Origin: Zygnema circumcarinatum SAG 698-1b
Taxonomy: Eukaryota; Plantae; Zygnematophyceae
Assembly (NCBI GenBank): GCA_037447605.1
Contig: CM074804.1
Span: 4,565,909-4,629,908 of the forward strand
Reading direction: 5' to 3'
Length of the DNA stretch: 64,000 bases
In this document: piece by piece, positions 1-13,346 of the stretch
Numbering within the stretch: the stretch's first letter is position 1
Layout of the letters: every line of letters starts with the position of its first letter
Position numbers and translations under genes: made by a program
Notes under the pieces: generated by a model
The model's input: only the letters and a program-made list of their open reading frames with translations
What the model was told of the DNA's origin: nothing
Database searches by the model: none

Positions 1-1730
1 CAGACAAGATTAGACATTGTAGAGCCATGTATAGGTCAGGGTGTGTGCAAGAAGTCCTGTAACCCTTCCATTTGCTTAACTGATCTCGCAGCTTCCAGTT
101 GCAGGCTATGTCAGCTTTCTTGAGTCTGAGTTGAGATGACCACCGTGAATTCCCTGAAGATAAGCTGCTGCTCATAAATTCTACATGAGGGCCCGTAATT
201 TATTCCGCTCATAATGCAATGGAGCTTGATTGCTTTGCTGACGCTTTTGATTGTATTTTTGGAATGCTGCATCAGTGTAGGGTTTTACTCAGAAGCGATG
301 CAGGATTTGCATTGCCATCAATTAGTTAATCTATTTTTGATTAAAAGACTGGCTTAATGCTTCTGGTGCTGCTCTGCTCTAAAATCCCTGAACAGCTTGC
401 AAGCAAGGATTTCGAAGGAACAGGTTCAGGGCGTTCAGGAAACAGCAGTTCAGTTCAGAGTGCACGGTATCAAATTCAGGATTTAGGGAAAGCAAAATTT
501 GTAGAAAAAATCAATGTTGAATCTTTGCAATCAATCAGTTCCAAATATACGCCATTGGAAGAACAACGGGTGACGTACGACCAACCTATTTACACTTCTG
601 TACACCTCCTGACTATTCTATCTTCAAGTTCTACCCACCACTTCAAGTTCTACCCACTAGGCAGTACCCTCCCTCATCTCTCTCATCCACCCTCCCGCTC
701 TCCTTCTCCGTTCTCTCCTTCCACTCTACGTAAGCTTCTCCTAGCCGACAGCCACGTCAAACCAAAGGGAGAGTGAAAAACCAAAAGAACTGGGAGTGAC
801 CAGCACCTAAGCACGTCCCGCCTGGTCCTTATTTTCAGTCTATAATGAGCCGTGCTCTGAAGGCAAGTGCTTTGTCCTTCCTTGGTTCCTCCCACAGACT
901 CCGTCTGGACGGGACCCTTCAGAGAGTCTACAATGTACACGAGAAAGGACTCTAAAGCGAGTCCCCAGGGCCTAATCACATTACCCGGACCACTCCCTAA
1001 CCCGCTGCTCTCAGACTCCGAGGAAAATCGAATTTCAAGCGACGTTTTGACGCTCTCCGACTTTTCTGTACACCAGTTCCTATTCCCTCCCACGTCCCTG
1101 TCCAGATGAAACTGAATACTGGCATTGCCGCTATTCTTGGGCAATTGAATTAAGGTTCAGAGGTCACAGTCGGACCACAGGATGGGTTCAGGATGTTTGC
1201 CGCCCCCTCAGTTCCACGTTGTGGTGCTGCCGACAAAGCCATTTTCAAGTCTGCCAATGTGGGCGAAGCAGCTCAAAGTCAAACACCAAAGATGGTTAGG
1301 ACTCACAAACCAGTTTGCACAATGGGCGCAACTCTGCTACAGTACACCTTCGCACCACCTAAGGAGCCTGGGGACCTGAAAGGCACCACTGCAAATCCCG
1401 GACGGGCAGAGAGAAAGGTCTTGAATCAACAGTATGTCCCCGTAGATTGTCACAATATGCCCAAACGACATGAGCTGTTCAAATGCGCCTAAAAAACCAT
1501 AAACACTAGACGTGTGCTTGTAAAGCCAAGGACTGTTTAGGTGCGCCCATAACGCCATGGACAGCCTAGGTCTGACTGTAAAGGCATAACCCTTCTAGGC
1601 TTTGTGAGGTAAAAGCGTAAGCCTTCCCACCTGCGAAACCTATAAGCAATAAACTCGCATATTGAACACATCAGGGTACAAAAGCTTTCTACTTGTACAG
1701 AAAGTGGCGATAGTACGACTTTACCAAAGG

Positions 1731-4700
1731 CTAGGTCATCCCTTTTTGTACAGGCGTAGGGTTTGAGAGCACAGAAATACCTTCATCTGGAGGTCCGAAA
1801 TCCCACCCGTCCATGGAATTCTCACGGCTATGGTGGAAACGATCATGGTTTTGTTGCCCAAAAGGGTCGTCCTCCCCATGCATAATGCCTTCGATAGTCA
1901 AATGTTCCTGCTCCTCAGCTCCAAGCCTCTCCCCTATCTCCCTCTCTGGTTCTAAGCAATAAACAGCTTCGTTCACTATGCCATCTCGTTCTCGAGATTC
2001 GTTGAGTGCGCCGGCTGTCTCCCCTCTTCGATCTTCCAACCAATTGGCTCTTCCCTCTTCATTTTCTCTCTCATTCCGAGCCCAAGAAGCACTTCCATCT
2101 GTCCATCCAAAAGCATTGCCTCGCCTTGGTAAGGAAGACTCACAAAACTCACCTTTCATTCCGTCACAGGCGCCCACTCCCTCTTTTCGATTCTCCATTA
2201 TAAACAGACCCTCATTATCTGAGGCACCTGTACCAAAACCGTTACTACCCCCAAAACCCCCCCTAACCTGCAAACTCCCTATATTCCCATTAGTCTGTGA
2301 CTGCTGTGAACTCCCTCGTCTATTGCTTTCCTTCAGACTCCAATCTGGATTGGAGCTGAAGGGATTAAAGATCTCTCCTGTTCCCTCACTGCTGGACACA
2401 TTACGGGCTGTAACTTTGCTACTCCCCATCAAAGCCTTATCCGATGCTTCTTGCGTTGCCAGGTTAGACGGACGGGAAGGTCGGAAAGAAGTCGCTTGCA
2501 GAGGGGGAGAGGGAGCTGATTCACAAGAGGACACGGGAGTGCTCTCTCCCGACATCTCTGCTGACTCTGCAAGCAGCTCCCCACGCAGGAAGCAGTTCTC
2601 TATGAGAAATGAACTTGGACGACGTTATCCTGCACAGAAAAGTGACGGAAGCAGGGGAATGCAACTTGTGAGCTGTGCAGGATTGTGTACCTGACCCATG
2701 TTGAGAATGGCCATCATCAGCTGCCAAAGCCGCGCTGCCATCAACACAGCCAAACGGTGCCAAGTGTCCTCCACCCCGCTGAGAGACAGGACCCGTTTCC
2801 CACTCTTCCCCCCCAAATCCGTTTGGAAAGTTCCTCCCTTCATACCCTTGTCCAGCTCCTCCCATTCCCATTCCGATTCCCATTCCACCATATCCTTCGT
2901 GAGATTGCGCGTTTTGGACAGCCCAGTTTCCATTGCTGGCCTCTAAAAGTCCATTGTTCCGCATGACAGATGCAGAATGGCCATTGTCGCGGAAGGGAGA
3001 ATCATTCCTTAGGACCATTCCCACACCATAATCCACATGGAAAAGGCCATTTGGAAGAGATCCGTTTGATCCGGCAGTTTTCTGTTCAGTTCCTGCTGAC
3101 CTTCCAAAATCTTCGACTCCATGTCGCCAATGTGAACCCGGACTGGTTCCGTTAATAGTTGAAGGGTAATTTCCGTTAACCCCAACCGAAATAGAGCTAC
3201 CGGAATGAATGATGATTGGACCTGCAGCTGTTGGAACCTCAAATCCCATTTTTTGTCCATTCAAAATTTCCCTTCCCTGTCTATCAGTCGACAGCCCATA
3301 CTTGTCTCGAATATCTTCACCAGATCGAACGGGACTCATTCGCAAAACTGAATTTCCTGTTTGAGTGGTTCCGTTCCTATCCCTGTACCAACACAGGCAT
3401 TACCAGGTCAGCTATTCATAGTGAATGATATTATCATTCTAAAGCATGACACACTGGGTGTGGCACTGGCATGTTGGGAAATCTTATACGCAGCTTGCAA
3501 TCCCATAACTTCAGTACAAGTCTGGAAATATATTCAGTGTGAACCTGCATGTATCGGCAGCAATGACCAAAGAGGGGGCGTGCTTCAGAACAAAGAAGAG
3601 AGTGTACCGACAAGAGTCCAAAGAAAATGGCACAAAAATAGGATTGTCGGACTGCATGCCTGTCACATCCTATCTCATAAAGAAAGGGGGAAAAGCGACA
3701 TTAAAAGGGTCCTGTTTTGCAGCTGAAATTCCACACCTTGTGCTATGCGATCCCACAAAAGCCCCTTCAGAGCGTTCACACAATGGAACAAGATCCCGTC
3801 TCCGTACTTCAATAGATCGCGTTGGTATCTCTTCAATGTTCATATCAGTGATGCCCTGCAAAGTAATCAAATTTGAGGAAGAACTGATACTTCCACTATT
3901 ACTGCTACTGCCATTACTACTAGCACCACTGCCACCACTTGACGCACTCCCACCGCTTGGTCCATGAAGAAGGTCGTGAAAATGGATCTAATCCAACAAC
4001 ACACCCAGGCGAACAATCAGGTTTTGATTTTCAAGTTTTCAACAACGGAAAATTATGGAGTTTCAAGTGCTTCAGCTACAAGTCGTGTGTTTTGTACGGA
4101 AACTCACATGAGGCCTGGCCCAGATCGGAACTGAACGGCCATGATGTGCTTGCATGACTTCTGCATTTGACATAAACCATCGCTGCATCTCCTCAGCATT
4201 CGCACCTTCTCGGCCTCCCTCTCCTTCTCCTCCTGCAGAGAGAGCCAATCCTCCCTCATCTTGCTCTCTCCCTCCCCACTTGCTATGACTCGCAACACTC
4301 TGTAAACTCTCATCCCTCTCCACCCAGCCGGGTCTTCTACAAACATCCCACTTCTCCAGGGGCTGAATCTCCAACCTTAGCTCAGGTGCTGGAGTTGACT
4401 CTACTCCAGAAGCACTTCCATGACCGTAGGAGACTCCTGTACCCTGTCTCTCACTCTCTCCCGTAGCATAGGGCTTCAGGAGATACCGAATGAGATGACC
4501 CACTGGAGATAGCACCCACAGCTGCGCACTAAGGCAGCTACCACTGCTGGAAGCTCCTTCCACTTCTCCTCCACTATGGAAGGCAACAGCTACCGCGCCG
4601 GAAATGCCATTAGGCCTCCCTGCAGCTGTAGCAGCTACTCCAGTAACACTACCTGCCCATCCCCCAGTACCATTCTTGATCCTGCTTACCACAGTCAGAG

Positions 4701-7700
4701 TAATAGGAGGAGGGGGTGAAGGAGCAACCGAAGGATGAACTCGCAAGGGTGTGTGAGGTGACCACCATGGGAGGGAGAGAGCAGCTGGTATTGAAGAAGC
4801 CATGGACCCATCACTGGGAGGAGCAGCATGAGTCTCAGGTCCCACAGGGCCTCCAAAGGGGGATATAGCATAAAGGTGGGTTGTGCCCCTAGTGGAGCTG
4901 ACCGCAATCCAGCGGCTGTCACTGCTAAATGTGATGTCTTGAATCACCTGCATTCCCCAACATCTCGTATTCATAATAAATTCAATCAAGTTCTGCAGCA
5001 GGCTGTACATGGAGGAAGCTTGGGCATCAAACTCAAGCATAAAGAATGTGAAAATGATTAAAGCGTCAGACACGACTCACGATTATGTGAGTTCAGCTGA
5101 TCTGTTTTAGAAGCTTGCAAACTTGAAAGCTATGTTAGGTTGCTTTGGTTTTCATTGTTGGACATTAGCAGACGGTATGCCCGTCTAGAAATCCTTTCGT
5201 TCAATTGAGGTTGATGCAAGGAGCCACAGCTGGAGGGACCTTACAGCATTGGTGAGACCTCTGTACAGTTTATACAAATGGACATGGGCTGCACTTGTGT
5301 CACCTCCCTGCAGAAGGAAAGGACAAGGTTTGAGGGTTGATCGTAGAGGTTTTTTTGCACATTCCCTCAGAAAATATACTTCTCTAATAGACTTAAACAA
5401 AGCAGCATCCACGAGCCAAGAAAAGGAACAAAGAGAACAGGACGAGACAGGCATGACGTGGAGATAGTCATAAGATGCTGAGATGTGGATTGTGCGATAC
5501 TGATTGAGAGAGATTGAGAGCCTCTTCTTACCGTGCCGTGACATCCCGTTGTTAAGCGGAAAACATTCAGATTATGGCCACAAACGGAAGCGGTGACAAG
5601 GAGAGTTCCGCTTGGGTCGAATGCAAGGGCGCTAATGGGGCTGGAATGAGCTCGAAACTGAGCTACAACACCTTTGCTCACAACATCCCGCACTATCACC
5701 TGCGAATCCAACACGGGCAGATATATTGTACAGAAAAGCAGCTAAAAAAATGGGGGAACAAATATAAAAACCAGAGCGCTCTTCCAATGCATCATACATA
5801 CATCCAATATCTATGAAATTTGAGACGGATTTCACAAGCTATAGATGCACGGGTAAGGCCAATGCAGCTTTCACGTCTGATACATGTCCGGCCTCCCTCT
5901 CCACTCACCATGCCTCCGTGCTCAAGTTCAGCACCCACAGGAGCTTGCCGAGGTGTTGAGCTGCCGCTTTTAGGGCTTATCCCTCCACCTCTAGGAGCAC
6001 TTGTTCCATCAAGCACTAAGTCTGACCAATACTTGGAAACGGTCTTATACCCCATATCTCCAAGAGTGACGATACCAGCTGCAAGGTGTCGGCTAGACTC
6101 CTTGGCATAGTGAGCAACTAGGGCGGCACTACCTCCACCATTTGCAGGAGATGTAGAAGGAGAAGCTCCGGGAGAAGGAGAGAGATGTTGCGGAGATACT
6201 CGACCAGTAGAGGGAAGGAGAGGCTGATTTGCAGCATATGCAAGCCACCGGGGGCCCAATGCCATGGCTCCATGGAGAGTGGTGTGAATTCCAGGAACTG
6301 CTTGCGGGGCTGGGTAGCTCAAAACTGTGAAGACGTTTTCGTAGGTAATGGCATCGAAGCAGAAAATCTACATGCATTGCAAAGGCGGGAGATAAAATAT
6401 TGGCACAAGTCAGGCTCGAATGGTCTTTTAAGAAAGAGACTAAGTTCAGATGACTCCGTTTCTTACTGGCGCGACCTTAAAAAACAAAGAAAAGTGTGAC
6501 CATCTTTGCCATTTCAAAGCGAGAGACAGCAAACTTGTTTCAGAGGAAGGAAAAAGACCAATGATGGCCTGGTATTGCAGCGTGAGATAGACTAAACATG
6601 AGACTTAAAAGGTATATGAAGACAACAAAGGGAGAAGGGAGAACTTTTTTCAGAACACATACCTGTGTTGCCAGCGCAACAACCACAAGCCTGCAGCTGC
6701 ACCGAAGGGCCACCACGGGTGCTGCAAACTCGAGCGTATGCACATACATGTGATGTTGCAGGGAGTAGAATCTAACAGCTGCTACATCAGGCTTGCTCTG
6801 CGCCGCCCCAGAATGGGTCCCAAAACTTTCTGCATAGCCTTGCTGCTGGTTTCCATATCCCCCGCCTTGACTACCATAGAACCTTGCTCCTTGACCTCCT
6901 CCCGCATCGGTAGAGAGGGAGGCTACCACAGCTAGGAGAGGGCCGGCGTTATGGCGGGGGCTGTCAGACGGAATGGGCAAAATTGGACGAGGAAGGAGGT
7001 GCAGGCAAGGAGTGGGCCCATCCCTTCGAGAGACGAGCTCTCTCACATTGGATGCTTCATGAACATCCCAGACTTGGAATCCGTTGGCGTATGTGAGAAG
7101 CAGGACATGGCGAAGTTGAAAAGGACCTAAATCCAGAATATCGAACCCGGCCCATTGCACCTGACAGCAGAATAAAAGGAGCGGATACTTAGGGAGAGTA
7201 GTTTTCATGAAGGACTCGATGAAGCAGATGAAGCAGTCAGCACACACAGCACTTCACATGTCCTGTACATTCCAGACTATTGTCACATAGGGCCTGTAAA
7301 AAAAGAAGGCGACGCGATTTGAGTCTCCTCCAACTTTAAACTGAATGGCGCAGAAGTCCTTTATGAATATACAGGACGATGCTCCAATGCTCTTGTGCTG
7401 GTGAGAATCCCACAATTTTTCTTTCTTGCTTAGCCAAAGACGTAAACAGACTCTTGAAAAAATCAAGAAAAAGTAAATCTCTCCTTCGAATCTTTCCCCG
7501 CTCACCTTCCATTCGTTATGCACCTTCCACATACAAGTCAAATACATACAAGATTGCTTATACATGTGCCGAAAGACCACTGGAGGATTCAATCCTACTT
7601 TGCAGTCCCTTCATTAAGAGGTCAACAAGGCCATCGTCAACTGAAGCAACCTTCTGTTGCTGTCTTCTATATTACAACAGAATATGGCAGCAGAACAGTA

Positions 7701-9333
7701 GATCCACACTCAAATAATGCCCGTGACAAAAGACGTGATTGGCTCAGCCAAGAAGGAAACAGGAAAGCGAATTTCATTTGCCCATCTCAGGTGAGGTGAC
7801 GATTAAGGAAGCAAAATCCACTGAACTGAACACAAGGATACATCTACAAGCAACAAGGTCGCGCCACCAGGATGGTCCGTATTCTTCACCTAAAACTATC
7901 TCGAAACTGGCAGACTTGGCAAAGAATGAGATGGTAACTGCCGATATCCCCACACCTAACCCCACTCAACTCTACTGGAACGGATATGCCTGGAGGACGC
8001 ATGAAGAGCATGTTCTCTCAGAAGACCTCAGGGTTGTATGGAACCGCACCAAAAAGCTCCTTCTCCCTTCTTTATCTATTAATCATGCTCAATGAACTAG
8101 ACTACGAAATGAAGTGCATCCTTCCACAACAACAAATAGTACGAGAGGAATAGGCATGAATCTTCCCTGACGTCAAAAAATTTCTCAGTAAAACTCTCCC
8201 CTCTCCTCTTTTTTCTGTACAGCACATTCCAAATGTGTTCCACAACTAGTTGCTTTAAGTTTAACGAATGAAAATTTCGACTACATGCTTAAGTCAATGC
8301 TATAAATGAAGAGAAGGAATATAAAGCTTCAGGACAAGACAACTTTCCCTAAGTAACAAAACTTGGACGAGACAACGAGTAACGATAAACATTGAACTCA
8401 GGAACCCTAGAGACGCCTGCAGAAGAAATAAATCGGAAATAATCCAGTCTAAAGTTATCCGCAGATTTCCAAGACGACAAGACTTCCGGTCTTTCAGTAC
8501 ATAACGTGAAAGAAACGAACGCATATAGTACTTGAATTCCGTAGAGTACTTTCCAAGAAGGAACTATTGACTTGGACCATAAGGCCACATCCGTAAAGAC
8601 TTCGACAAGACGTTGCTTTATATGTAAGGAACTAATATTCCATAATACACAACTGTTATCCACACATCTCCTGTCCACTTGAAAAAATAAGCAAGACATC
8701 TGAGGTGCTCCCATGCCTATTCTCTTTCCCCTGTGAAAGAAACGAAAAAGTACTAACCGTCAAATGCTGCCTGAACATTGGCGGAGGAATGACCAGCATG
8801 TATGTATAATCCACGATTGAACCTAATCAAATAAAGAGTGCTTGGATAAAGTGCATTTAGACCGCCATGACGACTTCCTTGCAGTATTAACAAGGGTTCA
8901 TATTTGATACTGAATGGCAAAGACTTTACACCATGCCTACATAGAGACCGCCTCCAAGAGTACCATCCATTTCAACATTCCCAGAACCCCGTCCTGAAAC
9001 GATGCTCTCCCGTCCGGGAATCGCCAAAAAACCCTTAAATGTTTATCCGGATCCTTCTTGCAAGCCAAAAAGTCACCGATGAGGGCCTAAAAATGCGTGT
9101 AGCACTGAACATATCATATCACTGACCTGCTCCCGCCGCCTATCGTCATCCGAAGTTGCCACTCCTGCAGCCATGGCTGCTCCAGCTGTCCGTACAGAGG
9201 AAGCAATACTCCCTGCATTTGCAGAAACACTGCGAAGATAACTGGAAAGGGCTCGAAAGGAATTGGGAAGGAAGGCAGAATTATTGACGGAACAGTCTCT
9301 GCTCTGCACTGGCGAAATCCCATCGTTCCTCAT
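1731..9333 (-). CDS. ATG18: Autophagy-related ATG18 (ATG18f/g/h-type, WD40 + BCAS3 domain) protein, multi-exon
   Basis: Exon translations FLPNSFRALSSYLR (9333-9127), VQWAGFD...LLLTYANGFQVWDV (~7160-6664), ALGPRWLAY, AQFRAHSSPISALAFDPSGTLLVTASVCGHNLNVF, IQDITFSSDSRWIAVSSTRGTTHLYAISPFGG and WFMSNAEV match plant ATG18f-h/BCAS3 motifs. GT-AG junctions seen. The 3' end at 1731 is less certain. Confidence 0.93.
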
Positions 9334-9935
9334 CCCCTGCAGCCTCTCTCTGCCTCCTCTACTACCAAGACCGCCTCCAGCGCGCACTCGACAGCCCTAC
9401 TCAGGCCCGCCCTCTCGCACCTTCCGCCTACTGCATTCAGAAGCCGCCCTTCAGCATCTCCCGCCCCCTCCCTTCTCCTTGCCACACTTCCAACTCTCCT
9501 CTACTCCACTCACTGTTCCCTGTCAGACTCCCGCCATTTCTACTGCTACTCCGATAGGGACCCTTCCCAGTGACGCTCTCTCTTCCACTCTTTCCCAATT
9601 TCCTTTTCTCTCAACCACTCCCGCTTCCTCCGTATCTCTTGTGTCTACCTATTCCTCACCCTGCCTCCCGTGCTCCCGCTCGTTTGCCTCTTTCCGCTTT
9701 CCCCTTCCTCTCGCTTCTCTCTCCTCCTTGCCTCCCCGCCTACCACTATCCCTTTCTCTCCCCCTTTCTCGCTCTCACGTCTCCCTCTCGCTGCTCCCAG
9801 CCCCGCATGCCTCGCGCCTCTCTACTCCGCCATGGCGCCCCTGCTCGCTCGCTCAATCGCTGGCTGGGCGCGTCTGCAGGGTCAGGGAGGGACCGTGCGA
9901 CTGCCGCACGGGTCACGCACGACTGGGGAGGGGAG

Positions 9936-10000
9936 GGGATGGGATGGGATGGGACGGGATGGGATAGGATGGGATGGGATGGGATGGGATGGGATGAGAT
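9936..10000. repeat. (GGGAT)n microsatellite
   Basis: Direct read: gggatgggatgggacgggatgggataggat... Confidence 0.95.
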
Positions 10001-10031
10001 GGCCCGATTGCCACAATATTTACAATCTGTA

Positions 10032-10358
10032 CAGTAGGGTTGGGGGCACGGTCCCCCTCCGACCCGTGCCCAGGGGCACGTGCCCCCCCCCCCCTTGGGG
10101 GGGGGGGGCACGTGTACCTTTATTTGTATAAAGGTACAAATGTACGAAAAATATGAAAAGTACGGACAGTACTCAACACCAATCGTCACCGACCCGGGCC
10201 CGGTCGTACGAGGTAAGCGTCACGTGACAGGGGGCACGGGGGGGCACGAAATATATGGGGAAAATTTTTGGAGGCGTGCCCCGGGCACGGACGGTCAAAA
10301 ATGGGGGGCATGCCCCCCCCCCGGGCATGCCCGTGCCCCCGTGCCCCCAACCCTACTG
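10032..10358. mobile_element. MITE, Tc1/mariner-like, perfect 20-bp TIR, TA TSD
   Basis: CAGTAGGGTTGGGGGCACGG at 10032-10051 and its exact reverse complement at 10339-10358. TA flanks both sides (10030-31, 10359-60). Internal GGGGCACG/CGTGCCCC repeats; no credible coding ORF. Confidence 0.9.
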
Positions 10359-10360
10359 TA

Positions 10361-10473
10361 CACCTTTCTTGGCTAGATTCGCACCTTTTCAGAAAAAAAA
10401 AAGCCCAACAGCCTATAAACCCTACTTAAAATCTGACCGGCGAAAAATGGTGCGAGTCTATCCCAAAAAGGTG
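10361..10473. mobile_element. Degenerate MITE-like fold-back element
   Basis: ~28-bp imperfect inverted repeats: cacctttcttggctagattcgcacctttt versus aaaaatggtgcgagtctatcccaaaaaggtg. No clean TSD. Confidence 0.6.
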
Positions 10474-11048
10474 TTTAGATAGACCCTAACACGCTACTAA
10501 TTTTGAAATCTCTCTCAAAGTCCCTTGTACGGAGTTTTTGCCCTACTCTACAGTACTGTCGTCACGGCTACAGTGGGGCTGGAAAGAGCGTCCGGCCGAT
10601 GCCGTACGGCCGTCCGTACACGGGAGACGGGCAGGCTAAACATTTCGGAGGTGCTGACCGGGCCCGTCGCCGCTTGTCACTCGCTTTTCAAACCGGCGGG
10701 CGGCCGCGCGCTGCCAACGGCTGGCGCCAACGCTTGGGGATTTCCCTGTTGGGAATATTGAACAAACGAACGGTCGCATAGAACAGGCCCCGCGCAGACC
10801 AACACGCGCGAGTGACGCAACGTTCTGCCGCGAGGCGTCTGGGAACACCTCCGAGCGGAACGGTGGGCGGCTGGTGCCCGTGTGAACGCACGCCCGGCCC
10901 GGCCTCGCAGCCTCGCGGGGCGGAGGAGCCGATGAGAGCGCGTGCGTGCGAGATTGGATCGGGCCCGTCCCATTCGGCGTGCATGGCAAGCCGCACCCTC
11001 GGCCTGCCGCGCGACCGGCGGCGAGGGCGATTTCGGCAGTGGATAAAC

Positions 11049-11112
11049 GGATGGATGGATGGATGCATGGATGGATGGATGGATGGATGGATGGATGCAT
11101 GGATGGATGGAT
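11049..11112. repeat. (GGAT)n microsatellite with GCAT interruptions
   Basis: Direct read. Confidence 0.95.
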
Positions 11113-11782
11113 GAAAGCCGAGCCGGATGCCGCGGATGCATGCACCTCGGCTGACTTTTACCAAATTTCATACAACAGTAGTAGCAACTTTGGGCCTTTC
11201 AATGGGGACCAATCTGACACTCCGAGCAATATTGGGAACGCACAACGATCAGCAACAATCGCGCGTTTGCTGGACCGGAACGAGTCGATAGATGGGACGG
11301 TTTGACGTGATTGTCGCCAAACAGACATGCGCACGTGTCTGCATTTCGTCCACCCATCTCCTGTGCACGCATGGACGTGTATCTGAGCCGCGAATATGTT
11401 ACAATAACGCCACCAACAACAAACCATATCTTTCCAGCATGCAACGGGACCATAGCCAAAATCAGAAAAGTAAAAAACAAAAAGAGGGTGAACCAAGATT
11501 GCTTGGTACAATTGGCAGTGGAGAAAATTAAAAAGTACTACTGTCACAAATTGAATGAATGTATTTCCTACGCACGTACGCCACTTGCTAAAAAAACGAA
11601 GAACAAAAACAACCAAACTAAAGAGTATCTATCCTTAAAATAATCGTTTAATGACGATGGATCTAAAGTCAACGTAATCTTGCTACACTAACTAGCCTAT
11701 AAACTGCGTCACTGCAAATGAATTGAATAAAATTGAATTGACTTCATCAGTATCACGCACTCCCCATCCTCTCTTGCCCTTG

Positions 11783-13346
11783 TCACGACATCTGCTGTAA
11801 GACCAGAGTCCGGCTGTTCACCAGAGGCTGACACCTTGCAGGCTGAGAGGCCGTCTCTGGATGAGAAGTTGGAGCTTCAGTTAGCTTATATCCTCCGTTT
11901 TGTTGCACGGAGATTCCACTTTGTAGCAGATACTTTGAGTTTAAAGCAGGGAACATTGAGGAGAGTGCGGGAGGGAGAGAGTACTGGCCTACTCCTACAA
12001 GGCTATTTGAAATGGAAGCAAACGGGTGATTTGGTGAGAGCATTCCAATACCCTCCAAGTCACGGAAAAGGGAGCGGTAGGGTCCTCTTCCCTGCTGATT
12101 AGGGAAAACTGCTCCCATGGCTGCCTTCAGTTGAAGATCACTACATACATGCTTTAGAGAAAGAATTGTTCTGTCCGGTTCTCTAATGTCGTGAGCAGAG
12201 GAAAGTTGGGCAAGGGCGTCGTCAGGAGTTGGAAGGACAAGAGACGATCGAAGATTTTGCTACAAAAACACAACAAAAACGTAACAATTTAACTTTAAAA
12301 CACTGCACGTCGTCTGCAAAAGTTCGGTTTGTGACAACGAACAAGACGATAAGATTCAACACACAAGGCCTCAAGAAGGAAAGGCACAAAACGCACCTTA
12401 CGCCTTTGAATTTTTTTCTTTCTTTTGGAAAACTAACTGATAAGTACAAATGGTTCTATTCAGACTAACAAACGGGGGAGGGATGACCTAAAATCAATTC
12501 TTGTACCTTATTCAAGAACACCAACTTGTTAGGTTGCAACTAATCTTGTCAAGTATCAATTCAACACTGAGAGCATACCTTCAACTTCCTGTAGCACGGC
12601 ACCTCGTGCTGAATAGGCGCACTTTCTGCCTCCTCGGACAAGGTTCCAAGCTGATTCAAAGCAGCCAATCTCCCGTTCATAGACATTGGGCCGCCAATTC
12701 CACCACATGACGAACTCTCTGCATCTGATTCCGCTAAATCTTTCAGAAGCCATGGCATTTTCTTAATCCTCTTACTCCTACTTCCCGGTTTCTCCCCGGC
12801 AACACTACATTCCACACTCCAACTGTCCGAAACAACCTCACTAAGGGTCCCACACTCCTCTCCCCGAGATTCTCCGTCTCCCTCCTTGAGCAGCTTCTCC
12901 CCACAAGCTTCCACATTTCTGAATCCTGCCACATGGTAGTGGCTTCCCAACTCGACCTGCTTCCTCTTCTGCTGCTTCTGCTGTGAATTCCACCAATTCT
13001 TAACACAATTGTCGGTCCGTCCTTCCAAATGTGAGGCGATTAGCGCCCATCTGTTCCCCCACTGTTTCTGCAAGTCTACGATTTTCTGCTTCTCTCCCTC
13101 TGTGAGAGGACCCTGCTGCAGCCCTGGCCGCAGGTGATTCTCATATCGAAGCCGGCAGCTTTTAGGGTCACGGTTTAGAGCTTTCCCCACTCTGCTCTGC
13201 AGGAGACTCCAGCAAGGCTTGGGCCCATACAGGCGTGCATATTCAAGCAGGACAGCATCTTCTGCCGCAGTCCATTTTCCTTTTCTAAGAGCGATTGGGG
13301 CACTAGCGTGAGCAAGACGAGGAGGACTATCTGTAAGGCTCGCCAT
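11783..13346 (-). CDS. R2R3-MYB transcription factor, 2 exons (13346-12579; 12259-11783)
   Basis: KGKWTAAEDAVL...KSCRLRYENHLRP...WGNRWALIASHLEGRTDNCVKNWWN. A donor AAG|GTATGC and acceptor TTTTGTAG|CAA join in frame to the 11783-12118 ORF. Confidence 0.9.

Noticed and set aside
357-1560. Several 65-153 aa ORFs on both strands at the window start
   Set aside because: No recognisable domain or consistent splice chain. Probably UTR or intergenic sequence, although a poorly conserved gene cannot be excluded.
1978-2694. 238-aa + strand ORF
   Set aside because: Antisense shadow of low-complexity ATG18 exons.
7161-9126. Short ORFs inside the ~2-kb first ATG18 intron (possible nested gene or snoRNA)
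   Set aside because: No recognisable protein motif and no paired C/D or H/ACA boxes found by eye.
10568-10580. TACAGTGGGGC, resembling another mariner-type terminus
   Set aside because: No matching opposite TIR found nearby.
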